From contig MHHQ01000029.1 of the NCBI GenBank assembly GCA_001817065.1, forward strand, positions 4,049 through 68,048: a DNA stretch of 64,000 nucleotides. The letters are read 5' to 3'. Within the stretch, counting starts at the first letter, position 1, and every line of letters starts with the position of its first letter. The notes under the pieces are model-generated. The model had not been told where the DNA came from. It searched no databases and worked only from the letters and a program-made list of their open reading frames with translations. This stretch comes from Candidatus Andersenbacteria bacterium RIFCSPHIGHO2_02_FULL_46_16 (lineage in GTDB: Bacteria > Patescibacteriota > Andersenbacteria > UBA10190). Of the stretch, positions 10,247 through 18,998 are shown piece after piece. The translations under genes were made by a program, and so were the position numbers.

Positions 10247-11140
10247 CTATTCTCCCGGAGTTGGAACAGCTAGCGCTACCCAATCCCCTGCTGTATTAGT
10301 GTCAGTTGACGAATCCGCCCGCGCAATCGATAATCCCTCTGCCACGCCTGGTACCGCCGGATCAAATGCCGCTGTGCTGCTTCCCCAACTAACCGCGTCT
10401 ACAACCACCGCACTCGCGTCCTTTAGGTACACCACGTCTCCACCAGTCGCTAATCCATTTCCGATTAGACTTCCCAACGCCACCACCGACGTTCCAGACG
10501 GAATCGTCCAGAAGCTAGTGGTCGAACTATTATTAGTGACTAACAAATATCCGTTAGCTGGTATGACCGTTCCATCTGGAAAAACATCACTCGAATTACC
10601 ATCCGCTACCACAAATCCGCTCACGTTTGCCTCCACATCGTTATTGTTTCGCACCTCTACCCACTCATTTGCCGTCTCTTCGCCATGTAAATCATCCACA
10701 TCATAATAAACTTCACTCAACACTATGTTTACTGCCGGCGTTGGTGAAGGGCTGGGACTTGGCGATGGAATAGGGCTCGGGGAAGGACTTGGACTAGGTG
10801 TTGGTGACGGACTGGGAGATGGACTGGACGAAGGCGAAATGCTTGGTGATGGATTAGGACTAGGCGATGGGCTTTGGCTTGGGGACGGCTCCGGTTCATC
10901 TGGTTCCTCCTCACAAAACGCTGGCACATTTGACCCATATCGTTCTTCGTAGCGTGTGAATTGTTTGCAGTAACGCTCCATCATACGAGCCACCTGCTTC
11001 TCGACTCTCGCTACCCATCGATTAATATAATCCCGCTTGTGTGCCCCTGCGTCATAGGCAGCTAAAGACGTTGCCGGCACCAGAAGGATAAACAACGCTA
11101 ATAATAAAATACTAAAAAACTTAGTGTGATACTTGTTCAT
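10247..11140 (-). CDS. Secreted protein with Ser-Pro linker and lamin-tail domain
   Basis: Signal peptide; (SP)n tract; IVLSEVYYD...EWVEVRN...PTPG. Confidence 0.8.
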   Translation of the reverse strand: MNKYHTKFFSILLLALFILLVPATSLAAYDAGAHKRDYINRWVARVEKQVARMMERYCKQFTRYEERYGSNVPAFCEEEPDEPEPSPSQSPSPSPNPSPSISPSSSPSPSPSPTPSPSPSPSPIPSPSPSPSPTPAVNIVLSEVYYDVDDLHGEETANEWVEVRNNNDVEANVSGFVVADGNSSDVFPDGTVIPANGYLLVTNNSSTTSFWTIPSGTSVVALGSLIGNGLATGGDVVYLKDASAVVVDAVSWGSSTAAFDPAVPGVAEGLSIARADSSTDTNTAGDWVALAVPTPGE

Positions 11141-11322
11141 ATAAAATTGTTAATGAAAGATCTTATCTTATTAGTATACACCACACCTATTTTACACCCC
11201 AATCGTCGTTTGCTCAATTCTTACCAACCACTACAAAACATTAATGCATTACAGAAGTCGACTGTCTGTCACTCAACTAGACCACACCTCAACCTTGCGT
11301 TAATCGTCCTCGTCTTCACTAA

Positions 11323-12576
11323 GGACTCTTCCACAATTAACTTCCCCAGATATGGTACAATGTTCTCATGACCATCACCGAGCAGTACGCCACTCTTCAC
11401 CCTCGGCTCAACGAGCTCCAGTGGCGAATATACCTCGGCACCGAAGCGGCCAAGATTGGACGGGGCGGCATTAGCATCGTGGCCAGAGCGTCCGGATCAG
11501 ACCGAAAAACAATCCGCAAAGGACTCGCTGAAGTACGGCAACCGCCTCTCAATGATCGGGTGCGACAGGCTGGTGGAGGACGAAAGAGGTTGGCCGAACA
11601 AGACCCAACCCTGATTGCCGATCTGGAATCGCTAGTGGAGCCGAAGGGTGATCCCATGTCGCTGACCCGGTGGACCACCAAATCGTTGGCCAACCTTGTA
11701 TCCGCGCTAGCCGCCCAAAAACACACCATTAAAAAATCAGCCCTGGCCGAGGTGCTCGCCTCGCTTGGCTTCTCGCTCAAAGCAACCAAGAAAAACATTG
11801 AAGGGTCATCACACCCTGATCGCGACCAGCAATTTTTGCATATTAAAAAGACTTGCCAGACATTTGAGACCAAGCGCGCCCCAATTATCTCCGTGGATTG
11901 TAAGAAAAAAGAATTGATTGGCAATTTTAAAAACAATGGCCGGGAATGGCGGCCAACCGGCAAAAACACGGTGGTGAACGTCTATGATTTTAAAAATCTT
12001 GCTAATGGGAAGGCAGCGCCGTACGGGGTGTATGACGCGATCAAAAACATCGGCTTTGTTAATGTAGGCGTTGATCACGATACTGCGTCATTCGCGGTCG
12101 AATCAATCAGACGGTGGTGGCATGCGGTGGGAAAAACACTCTATGCCGGCACTCGAGAGTTGTTGATTACGTCTGACGGTGGTGGTTCAAACGGCGTCCG
12201 TAACCGGCTGTGGAAAAAAGAATTGCAACAATTTTCAAATGAAACGGGATTGGCTGTGACCGTCACGCACCTGCCGCCGGCCACCAGTAAGTGGAACAAG
12301 ATTGAGCACCGGCTGTTTTCCTACATATCCATTAACTGGCGGGCGCGTCCGCTCATCTCCCTAGAAACAATCATTGAACTCCTCTCTAGCACGACGACAC
12401 AGGCGGGACTCACGGTGACGGCCGTCGTCGACCAGAATCTGTACCCGACCGGCGTGAAAGTATCAGATGCAGACATGAGCCGGCTGAATATATCGCGCCA
12501 CGACTGGCATGGTGATTGGAACTACACCATCAATCCGCAGCTTCTGTAAGTGGGGATGTTAATTGCGGATGGGCCC
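11323..12576 (+). mobile_element. Complete ISAzo13-family insertion sequence (1254 bp)
   Basis: 26-bp imperfect terminal IRs (GGACTCTTCCACAATTAACTTCCCCA / rc GGGCCCATCCGCAATTAACATCCCCA, 21/26); TAA duplicated at 11320-22 and 12577-79. Confidence 0.9.
11368..12549 (+). CDS. ISAzo13 family DDE transposase
   Basis: GDPMS, ISVDCKKKE, DGGGSNG, SKWNKIEHRLFS, HGDWNY. Confidence 0.95.
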   Translation: MTITEQYATLHPRLNELQWRIYLGTEAAKIGRGGISIVARASGSDRKTIRKGLAEVRQPPLNDRVRQAGGGRKRLAEQDPTLIADLESLVEPKGDPMSLTRWTTKSLANLVSALAAQKHTIKKSALAEVLASLGFSLKATKKNIEGSSHPDRDQQFLHIKKTCQTFETKRAPIISVDCKKKELIGNFKNNGREWRPTGKNTVVNVYDFKNLANGKAAPYGVYDAIKNIGFVNVGVDHDTASFAVESIRRWWHAVGKTLYAGTRELLITSDGGGSNGVRNRLWKKELQQFSNETGLAVTVTHLPPATSKWNKIEHRLFSYISINWRARPLISLETIIELLSSTTTQAGLTVTAVVDQNLYPTGVKVSDADMSRLNISRHDWHGDWNYTINPQLL

Positions 12577-13251
12577 TAAACGCCCCCCAGTCCTGCTCGT
12601 CATTCACTGTTTCCTTACTTATCACCTTTCCAGACCCATCTAAATGCAATTCTAGCAACGCCCCTTTATATACTACCTTCGCTACTATTTCGCTTTTGGT
12701 GCCCGGTTTAATATCAATAATATTCATCGCTGGATACTTCTGCTGTAAAGACGCACGGGCTGTTTCAAAACTCGTTAACACCGTATTCGCTGCTTTCGTC
12801 GCCGCGGTATCTGTGACTGTTGTTAAGGCTCCCACGTCGTATTTCGTCAACAAATTCCAAGCCCGATTAGAATGGATTGAAGCAAATATTCCGGTTACTT
12901 CCCGACCGCAGTTATTGATAATAATTCCCCGCCCGCCTGGATGCTGGTCTATATAATTACTAACATCATAAATTCTCCCTTTAATTAAAAGCTAACAATC
13001 ATTGTCTTGGCTATGCTTCGATAACTCAGTCGTCGTGATATTAACCTGACCAAAACTTTGTTGAACTTGTTGCCTTCCTAGCTTCGAACCCCCAGTATTA
13101 TTTTTTGCCAAACCCCTGTTCTCGGCGCCGATAATACCTCAGCCGCTCAAAGCATAAACTGTAAACAAGATGGTCACTATTGCAACAAACAGAATCAAGG
13201 ACACGGCCACTAGTTTCTTGATGATCTTGCCCATATTCATAACAAAAAAGG

Positions 13252-14556
13252 TCAAAGCTCAAATTCTTCTGTATAAATATCCCTTTTAGCTACACCCTCT
13301 TGCAATAACTGCATTTTTAAACTAGCCATCATTGGACCAGGTCCACAAATAAAAAACGAGGTTCCCTTTAAGCTGCCGTTAGTCAGCTCCTTGATCTTTT
13401 GCGCTGTCAGATACCCTCGCTCATCTGAAAACCATACAGTTAGTTTTAACTTTCTCATCGCCTCCTTCTCGATTGCGTATAGATCCTCCAACGCAAACAG
13501 CTCACGCTTGTTACGAACGGCAAAAAAAAGATTAATGTCATAGCCATTATTTGTTTCCGCGCGCAGGTCGCGGCTCATCCCCATAAAAGGCGTCATGCCT
13601 ATTCCCCCTCCTACCCAAACCTGTTTCCTGTGCCTGCTCCAACCGAAATTGAATCTGCCATACGGCCCTTGTACCTCCACCGCCGTCCCCGGCTTTAACC
13701 TCGCCAAAGACTGAGAAAAGACTCCTAAATCCTTCACCGTGATCTCTAAATGATCATCGTTTGATGCGGACGAAAATGAAAACGGATGACTCTCAGCTCG
13801 AACTTCCCCATTAATAAATTTGAACCAGCCAAACTGTGCCGACTGATAGCGCATAGCCTCCTGGCCAGCCACCATGACAATCCGCCAGACCGCATCATTT
13901 AACTTTTCTACCCGCTCCACCAGATACCGATATTTCTTATGCGCATTGAAAATCGAATGCCTGACATACAATACCAAAGCTACTGTCGCTAAACCAAAGA
14001 TATATGATCTTAGCCACCAATTTTGTGCGATATCACTTGGTATCAAAAATGCATGCCAGCCACCCAATAAAAAAGCTGCTGCTAAAAATTTATGTGTCAT
14101 TTTCCAAATTTGATATTCCGGCCGTAAATAAAACGTTAGGACCAACAAACTGATCATTACCAGCAGCGCCGCCCAACCTAAAAACAACACTAAGCTTGCC
14201 AACGGCCAAATTATCGCAGCTGCCGCTACCACGGACACTGGCAACACCGCCATCGCGCTAAACAACGGATGGAATAGTAACAAAATTAATGCCGTCCCGC
14301 CTAACCAATGGTGTAATATATATACTCGATTCAATCCGCCAAAATAATTTTCTAGCCAAGCCACTCTGGCACCCAATATCAGGACGAGTGAAAACAACGT
14401 CATGCCGACTAAACCGGACAACTGTGCTAAAGAAACCATGGTCGCTCCAAAGCCGCCAAATCTTACCAACCATGGTAACATGGTTGCCCAAATCATCACC
14501 GGCCATAACGCTAAAACCAATATCGCCAAGGGTCCGATTTTTTGTTTACTTACCAT
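13252..14556 (-). CDS. Ferric reductase-like transmembrane protein with FAD/NAD-binding domain
   Basis: His pairs in TM helices (LHHWLG, LFHP, THKF, WHA); HPFS, GPYG, GGGIGMTPF, CGP, EEF. Confidence 0.9.
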   Translation of the reverse strand: MVSKQKIGPLAILVLALWPVMIWATMLPWLVRFGGFGATMVSLAQLSGLVGMTLFSLVLILGARVAWLENYFGGLNRVYILHHWLGGTALILLLFHPLFSAMAVLPVSVVAAAAIIWPLASLVLFLGWAALLVMISLLVLTFYLRPEYQIWKMTHKFLAAAFLLGGWHAFLIPSDIAQNWWLRSYIFGLATVALVLYVRHSIFNAHKKYRYLVERVEKLNDAVWRIVMVAGQEAMRYQSAQFGWFKFINGEVRAESHPFSFSSASNDDHLEITVKDLGVFSQSLARLKPGTAVEVQGPYGRFNFGWSRHRKQVWVGGGIGMTPFMGMSRDLRAETNNGYDINLFFAVRNKRELFALEDLYAIEKEAMRKLKLTVWFSDERGYLTAQKIKELTNGSLKGTSFFICGPGPMMASLKMQLLQEGVAKRDIYTEEFEL

Positions 14557-14650
14557 ATTTATAAGCTCCCTTCACAATAGTGACTCCCCACCTATAAATC
14601 CAGCTGATGATGATTAAAGACAAAAAAGGCCAACACCATGAAAGCAAATA

Positions 14651-14915
14651 TATGGAGCCCCACCCCGCCGCAGGCGGGGCGGTCCCCGCGATAACGTGGC
14701 ATCCCGCCCCCTGGACGGGGTGGCGGAATCCCGCGTAGCAGCCAACTGTCAATCCCACTTGCTCCGCTATCGGCGGAGCTACCCTCCCCCTTGCTCACGG
14801 AGCTTTGAATGGCAGCGAGGGATTGTCCCATTCGCACCTTGTCGACCAAAGCCTTGGCGACGGCTGATTCATCCACCCCCGCCACCGGCGGGATGGTTTT
14901 CTGCGCAGTGGGATA
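14651..14915 (+). mobile_element. Non-coding repeat family B copy 1 (IS200/IS605-end-like miniature element)
   Basis: Homologous to 27123-27312 and 47041-47307; hairpins near both ends, ATTCATCC before the 3' hairpin, ends TTCTGCGCAGTGGGAT. Confidence 0.7.
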
Positions 14916-15043
14916 AATCTACAACCTTTTTGCTAACGCATTCATTTCTTGTATGTATTAATTAATAACCACAGTGCGGTTGATCATCTCGGCTGTGCTT
15001 ATTTACTAATTGCTTCTGCGTGTATTTAATATAAAATTAACCG

Positions 15044-17380
15044 ATGAATGAGATACTGAGCGGCATACAAAAATACGTGCGCTGTGCTAACTACTTAACT
15101 GTTGCTCAGATTTTTTTGCAGGATAATTTCCTGCTGGAACGACCACTCCAACCTGCTGATATCAAACCTCGCCTCCTCGGCCACTGGGGATCATGTCCTG
15201 GCGTCAATTTCACCTACGCGCATTTAAACCACTTAATCAACTCCACAAAAGCCAATTTGTTGTTTGTCTTAGGACCAGGCCACGCGTTTCCGGCCATGCA
15301 AGCCAATTTATTCTTGGAAAACACACTACAGCGCTACTACCCTAAAGCTACTCACACCTCGGATGGCATTGCATATATCTCCAAGAATTTTTCCTGGCCA
15401 TATGGCTTTCCCAGCCACTGCAACCCCGGTACTCCCGGAGTAATTTTAGAGGGTGGTGAACTAGGTTATTCCCTCTCCACTGCTTACGGCGCTATTTTAG
15501 ACAACCCCGACTTAATCGTGGCCTGTCTAATCGGTGACGGCGAAGCCGAAACCGGCCCCATTAACGCCGCCTGGCATTTAAATAAATTCATCAATCCCGC
15601 CACTAACGGCGCAGTCCTTCCTATCCTCCATTTGAATGGTTATAAAATTTCTGGGCCAACCATTTTTGGCCGAATGGATAATCAAGAACTAACTGCGCTC
15701 TTCACCGGCTATGGTTATGAACCGCATATTGTCGAAGGAGATGATATCGACCAAACCATGCAAGACACCTTACAGCAAAGCTACCAAGCCATTCGTCGTC
15801 TCCAAAAATCCGCCCCAAACAATAAACCTAAGTTTCCCATGATTATCCTGAAAACCCTGAAAGGTTGGACCGGCATTAAGGAAATACACGGCAAAAAAAT
15901 CGAGGGTAATCACTTATCTCACCAAGTTGTTCTCAAAGAACCTAAGACTGACCATGAAGAACTCGCTGCCCTTGAAGAATGGCTTAGATCATACAAGTTC
16001 GAGGAATTATTTGATAAGAAATCCGGCTTTTGCACTGCAGTAACAGAGGTAGTCCCAGAGGAAAGTCTCGCCATGGGCAACAACTATCACGCATTTGGCG
16101 GCAAAAAAGTTTTCACACCACTCCAGCTTCCTCCCATTGAGCATTTTGCCGAAGATGCATCTATCCCAGGCACCATTGGTTCCAGCAGCATGCGACGAGC
16201 CGGCCTCTATCTAAATGAAGTTTTTAAACAAAACGAGCCTAACAAAAACTTTCGTTTTTTCTCCCCTGATGAAACCTACTCCAACAAGCTCGATCAAATT
16301 TTTGCTTCGACTGGTCGAGCGTTTGTCTGGCCTAGCGAAAAATGGGATGAAGACATGAGCCCCACTGGCCGCGTAATAGAAATGCTCAGCGAGCACAGCC
16401 TGCAAGGCTTAGCCCAAGGCTATGTTTTGACAGGACGACATGCCATATTTGCCTCGTACGAAGCATTTATTCAGGTCATCATCAGCATGGCCGACCAATA
16501 CGCTAAATTTATCAATGTTGCCCGGGAAATTAAGTGGCGCGGTGATTTTCCTTCTATGAATTACATCCTGACTTCCTCTGGCTGGCGCCAGGAGCATAAT
16601 GGTTTCTCTCATCAAAACCCCGGTTTTATCGACGACATGTTGCAGCGCCAAGGAAATTTTGTAAACGTATTTTTTCCCCCCGATGGCAACACTACCCTAG
16701 TCGCTCTCGATAGAATGCTGCGCTCGACCAAAGAAATAAATATTCTAGTCGCCGGTAAAACATTAGAGCCACGCTGGCTGACCCCCGCCAAGGCGGAGCA
16801 ACAGTTATCACAAGGTGTTATGACTTGGGACTTTGCCAGCGACCCTGATCCCGATATTGTCCTAGCTGCTGCTGGAGATTATTTGACCAAAGAAGCCATG
16901 GCCGCCATTAAAATTATCAAACAAGAAATCCCAGCCGCTAAAATACGCTTCGTGAACATCACCGCTCTCTCCTGCGTCGGACTTGGTCCCAACGACGCTC
17001 CCGTCACTCAAAGTATGTTTGAGGAAACTTTCACTCCCGATAAACCTGTGATCATTAACTTCCACGGCTACCCCCAGACGATCAAGCAAATACTCTTTGA
17101 CTATAGCGACAATAATTCCCGATTCACTGTCCACGGTTATATCGAAAACGGATCCACCACCACTCCCTTTGACATGCAAGTGCTCAATGAAACCAGCCGC
17201 TACCAATTAGCCATGGATGCTTTTACTGCCCTAGCCACCCAAGACGTCATTAGTCCCGCCCGGGCTGCGCAGCTTACCCGAAAATACCTGGATAAATTAT
17301 CTGACCATCATGCCTACATCAAGCAACATGGCACTGACTTACCAGAAATAAGTGATTGGCAATGGACCCAAAATATTTAA
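15044..17380 (+). CDS. xfp: Xylulose-5-P/fructose-6-P phosphoketolase
   Basis: LLGHWG, EGGELGY, GDGEAETGP, HLNGYKI, LSEH, QEHNGFSHQNPG. Confidence 0.97.
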   Translation: MNEILSGIQKYVRCANYLTVAQIFLQDNFLLERPLQPADIKPRLLGHWGSCPGVNFTYAHLNHLINSTKANLLFVLGPGHAFPAMQANLFLENTLQRYYPKATHTSDGIAYISKNFSWPYGFPSHCNPGTPGVILEGGELGYSLSTAYGAILDNPDLIVACLIGDGEAETGPINAAWHLNKFINPATNGAVLPILHLNGYKISGPTIFGRMDNQELTALFTGYGYEPHIVEGDDIDQTMQDTLQQSYQAIRRLQKSAPNNKPKFPMIILKTLKGWTGIKEIHGKKIEGNHLSHQVVLKEPKTDHEELAALEEWLRSYKFEELFDKKSGFCTAVTEVVPEESLAMGNNYHAFGGKKVFTPLQLPPIEHFAEDASIPGTIGSSSMRRAGLYLNEVFKQNEPNKNFRFFSPDETYSNKLDQIFASTGRAFVWPSEKWDEDMSPTGRVIEMLSEHSLQGLAQGYVLTGRHAIFASYEAFIQVIISMADQYAKFINVAREIKWRGDFPSMNYILTSSGWRQEHNGFSHQNPGFIDDMLQRQGNFVNVFFPPDGNTTLVALDRMLRSTKEINILVAGKTLEPRWLTPAKAEQQLSQGVMTWDFASDPDPDIVLAAAGDYLTKEAMAAIKIIKQEIPAAKIRFVNITALSCVGLGPNDAPVTQSMFEETFTPDKPVIINFHGYPQTIKQILFDYSDNNSRFTVHGYIENGSTTTPFDMQVLNETSRYQLAMDAFTALATQDVISPARAAQLTRKYLDKLSDHHAYIKQHGTDLPEISDWQWTQNI

Positions 17381-18537
17381 TCGTCAATCCCGGCAGCGCT
17401 TCTAAAAAATACGCCCTCTATCAAGGTGATAAAGAAATCTACTTTGCTCACTTTGAAACGGTGCAAGATCAGCCTATTGTCACCTTCAAATCTGCAGACT
17501 CGTCGGTTAAAGACCAGATTGAACCAGCTATCTTTGCCTCCGCCGTTGACTTCTTTCTACAAAGGCTTATGACGAAAAAAATTATAACCGACCAGGCTGC
17601 CATAGCCGCTATTGGCATTCGTGTCGTCGCTCCCGGCAGCATCTTCACCCAGCATCAAATTATCGATCAGAACTATCTACAACATTTATCCGACGAGCGA
17701 GCCAGTGCCCCGCTTCATCTAAATCCTTTATTAGAGGAGCTTGAGCAATTAACCGCCGTCTTTCCAAAGCTCCCCATTGTTGGTATATCCGACAGCGCTT
17801 TTCATACCACCATCCCTGCAGCCAGCCGCCACTATGCCATCTCTTTTTCCGACACTACCCAGTTAGATCTACATCGTTTTGGTTATCATGGCATTTCCGT
17901 ACAATCCCTCCTGCCTAAAATTCAATCCTTACTCGGCCAAGTGCCGCCCCGCGTTATTGTTTGCCATCTGGGAGGCGGTGCTAGTCTTACCGCCATTCAG
18001 GACGGCAACAGTATCGACAACTCTATGGGTTATACACCGCTGGAAGGTTTAATCATGGCGACGCGCGTCGGCAACATCGATGCGGGTGCCCTTATCAAAC
18101 TGTCTCAAGCCAAAAATTTAAGTTTGACTGAATTAGAAGAATATCTAAATACTCGGTCGGGACTCCTTGGCTTGAGCGAATTAAGTGACGACATCAGAAA
18201 ATTGCTAAAGCTTGAAAATGAAAATCCTCAGGCTAAGCTAGCCCTGCATGCTTATGTTAATACCATAAAAAAGTATATTGGCGCCTACACCGCCATCCTT
18301 AACGGTTTGGATCTGCTGGTCTTCACAGCTACGATTGGCGAGCGATCAAGCATTATCCGTGCCCGCATCTGTGTCAATCTTGACGGGCTAGGCATACATT
18401 TAGATCAATCAGTTAATGACCATATAGACAGCACCAACGCTATCATTAGCACCACGGACTCGCCCGTTACCGTAGCCGTCCTTACCACCAACGAAATGCA
18501 GGCTATCGCGCAGCAAATGCGACCTTTGTTAGACTAA
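17362..18537 (+). CDS. ackA: Acetate kinase
   Basis: NPGSASKK, APLH, RFGYHG, CHLGGGAS, SMGYTPLEG, TNE; ATG at 17362. Confidence 0.95.
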   Translation: MDPKYLIVNPGSASKKYALYQGDKEIYFAHFETVQDQPIVTFKSADSSVKDQIEPAIFASAVDFFLQRLMTKKIITDQAAIAAIGIRVVAPGSIFTQHQIIDQNYLQHLSDERASAPLHLNPLLEELEQLTAVFPKLPIVGISDSAFHTTIPAASRHYAISFSDTTQLDLHRFGYHGISVQSLLPKIQSLLGQVPPRVIVCHLGGGASLTAIQDGNSIDNSMGYTPLEGLIMATRVGNIDAGALIKLSQAKNLSLTELEEYLNTRSGLLGLSELSDDIRKLLKLENENPQAKLALHAYVNTIKKYIGAYTAILNGLDLLVFTATIGERSSIIRARICVNLDGLGIHLDQSVNDHIDSTNAIISTTDSPVTVAVLTTNEMQAIAQQMRPLLD

Positions 18538-18672
18538 ACTAAATTCCGCGGCAACGCTCAACAAGTCTTTCCCTCGATTTAACCAATAGCCTAACTACAA
18601 ATCAAAAAACCGCCAAACCAAGTAGCGATTTTATTATCGTTTCATCAATTGTCACAATAAACAGTAGAGTTA

Positions 18673-18990
18673 GGCACCGTCGAAAAATAACTTGGCCAGA
18701 TCTCGTTCAATCTGCGCCGAGATACGGCTTTTCCAATTGCCTGCCGGCCATAGCTTTCTTGACCACCGTAGCCCTGTCTGCCGTCAGGCAAGGTTTAGCG
18801 AAGGTGGTAGCGACGGCTGGAGCGAACCAGGAGCCGTAGCCAAGCTACGGTGAGTGGTTCGCGATTGCCTGCCCCGCGCCGTGCCCATCCGTAGCCTTGC
18901 GCGAAGGAGGGTAGCCTTGGCGTAGTGGGGAGAAAAAATCGTAGATTGCATAGTGGGCGAGAGACGGTTAAGTTATTTTGAGACGGTGAC
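18673..18990 (+). mobile_element. MITE family A copy with two nested insertion blocks (318 bp)
   Basis: TIR GGCACCGTCGAAAAATAACTT...AAGTTATTTTGAGACGGTGAC; 174-bp core plus 81-bp and 63-bp inserts relative to 22262-22438. Confidence 0.85.
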
Positions 18991-18998
18991 TAAAGCCG

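Larger units (their letters stand above)
11300..13240 (-). pseudogene. Cytochrome b5-like heme-binding protein; two in-frame stops and an IS insertion
   Basis: Frame from ATG 13240 reads ...ELSKHSQDNDC*LLIKGRIYDVSNYIDQHPGG...CGREVT...H; stops TGA 13139-41 and TAG 12992-94; removing the IS restores ...DEQDWGAFSEDEDD* ending at 11300. Confidence 0.85.

Noticed and set aside
10725-10900. Tandem DNA repeat as a separate element
   Set aside because: It encodes the Ser-Pro linker of the lamin-tail protein
12530-12853. Independent 107-aa gene
   Set aside because: It is the 3' fragment of the cytochrome-b5 pseudogene reading into the IS end
12992-13141. Stop-codon reassignment (code 25 or TAG recoding)
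   Set aside because: TGA and TAG end many intact genes here (e.g. 2412, 13252, 3632) and long genes have no internal stops
14546-14965. Short ORFs overlapping repeats (also 41946..42143, 47036..47551)
   Set aside because: Translations of GC-rich non-coding elements with no coding features
18673-18990. Possible CRISPR array from the ~30-nt palindromic repeats
   Set aside because: Units are nested and divergent rather than regularly spaced with unique spacers, and there is no cas operon
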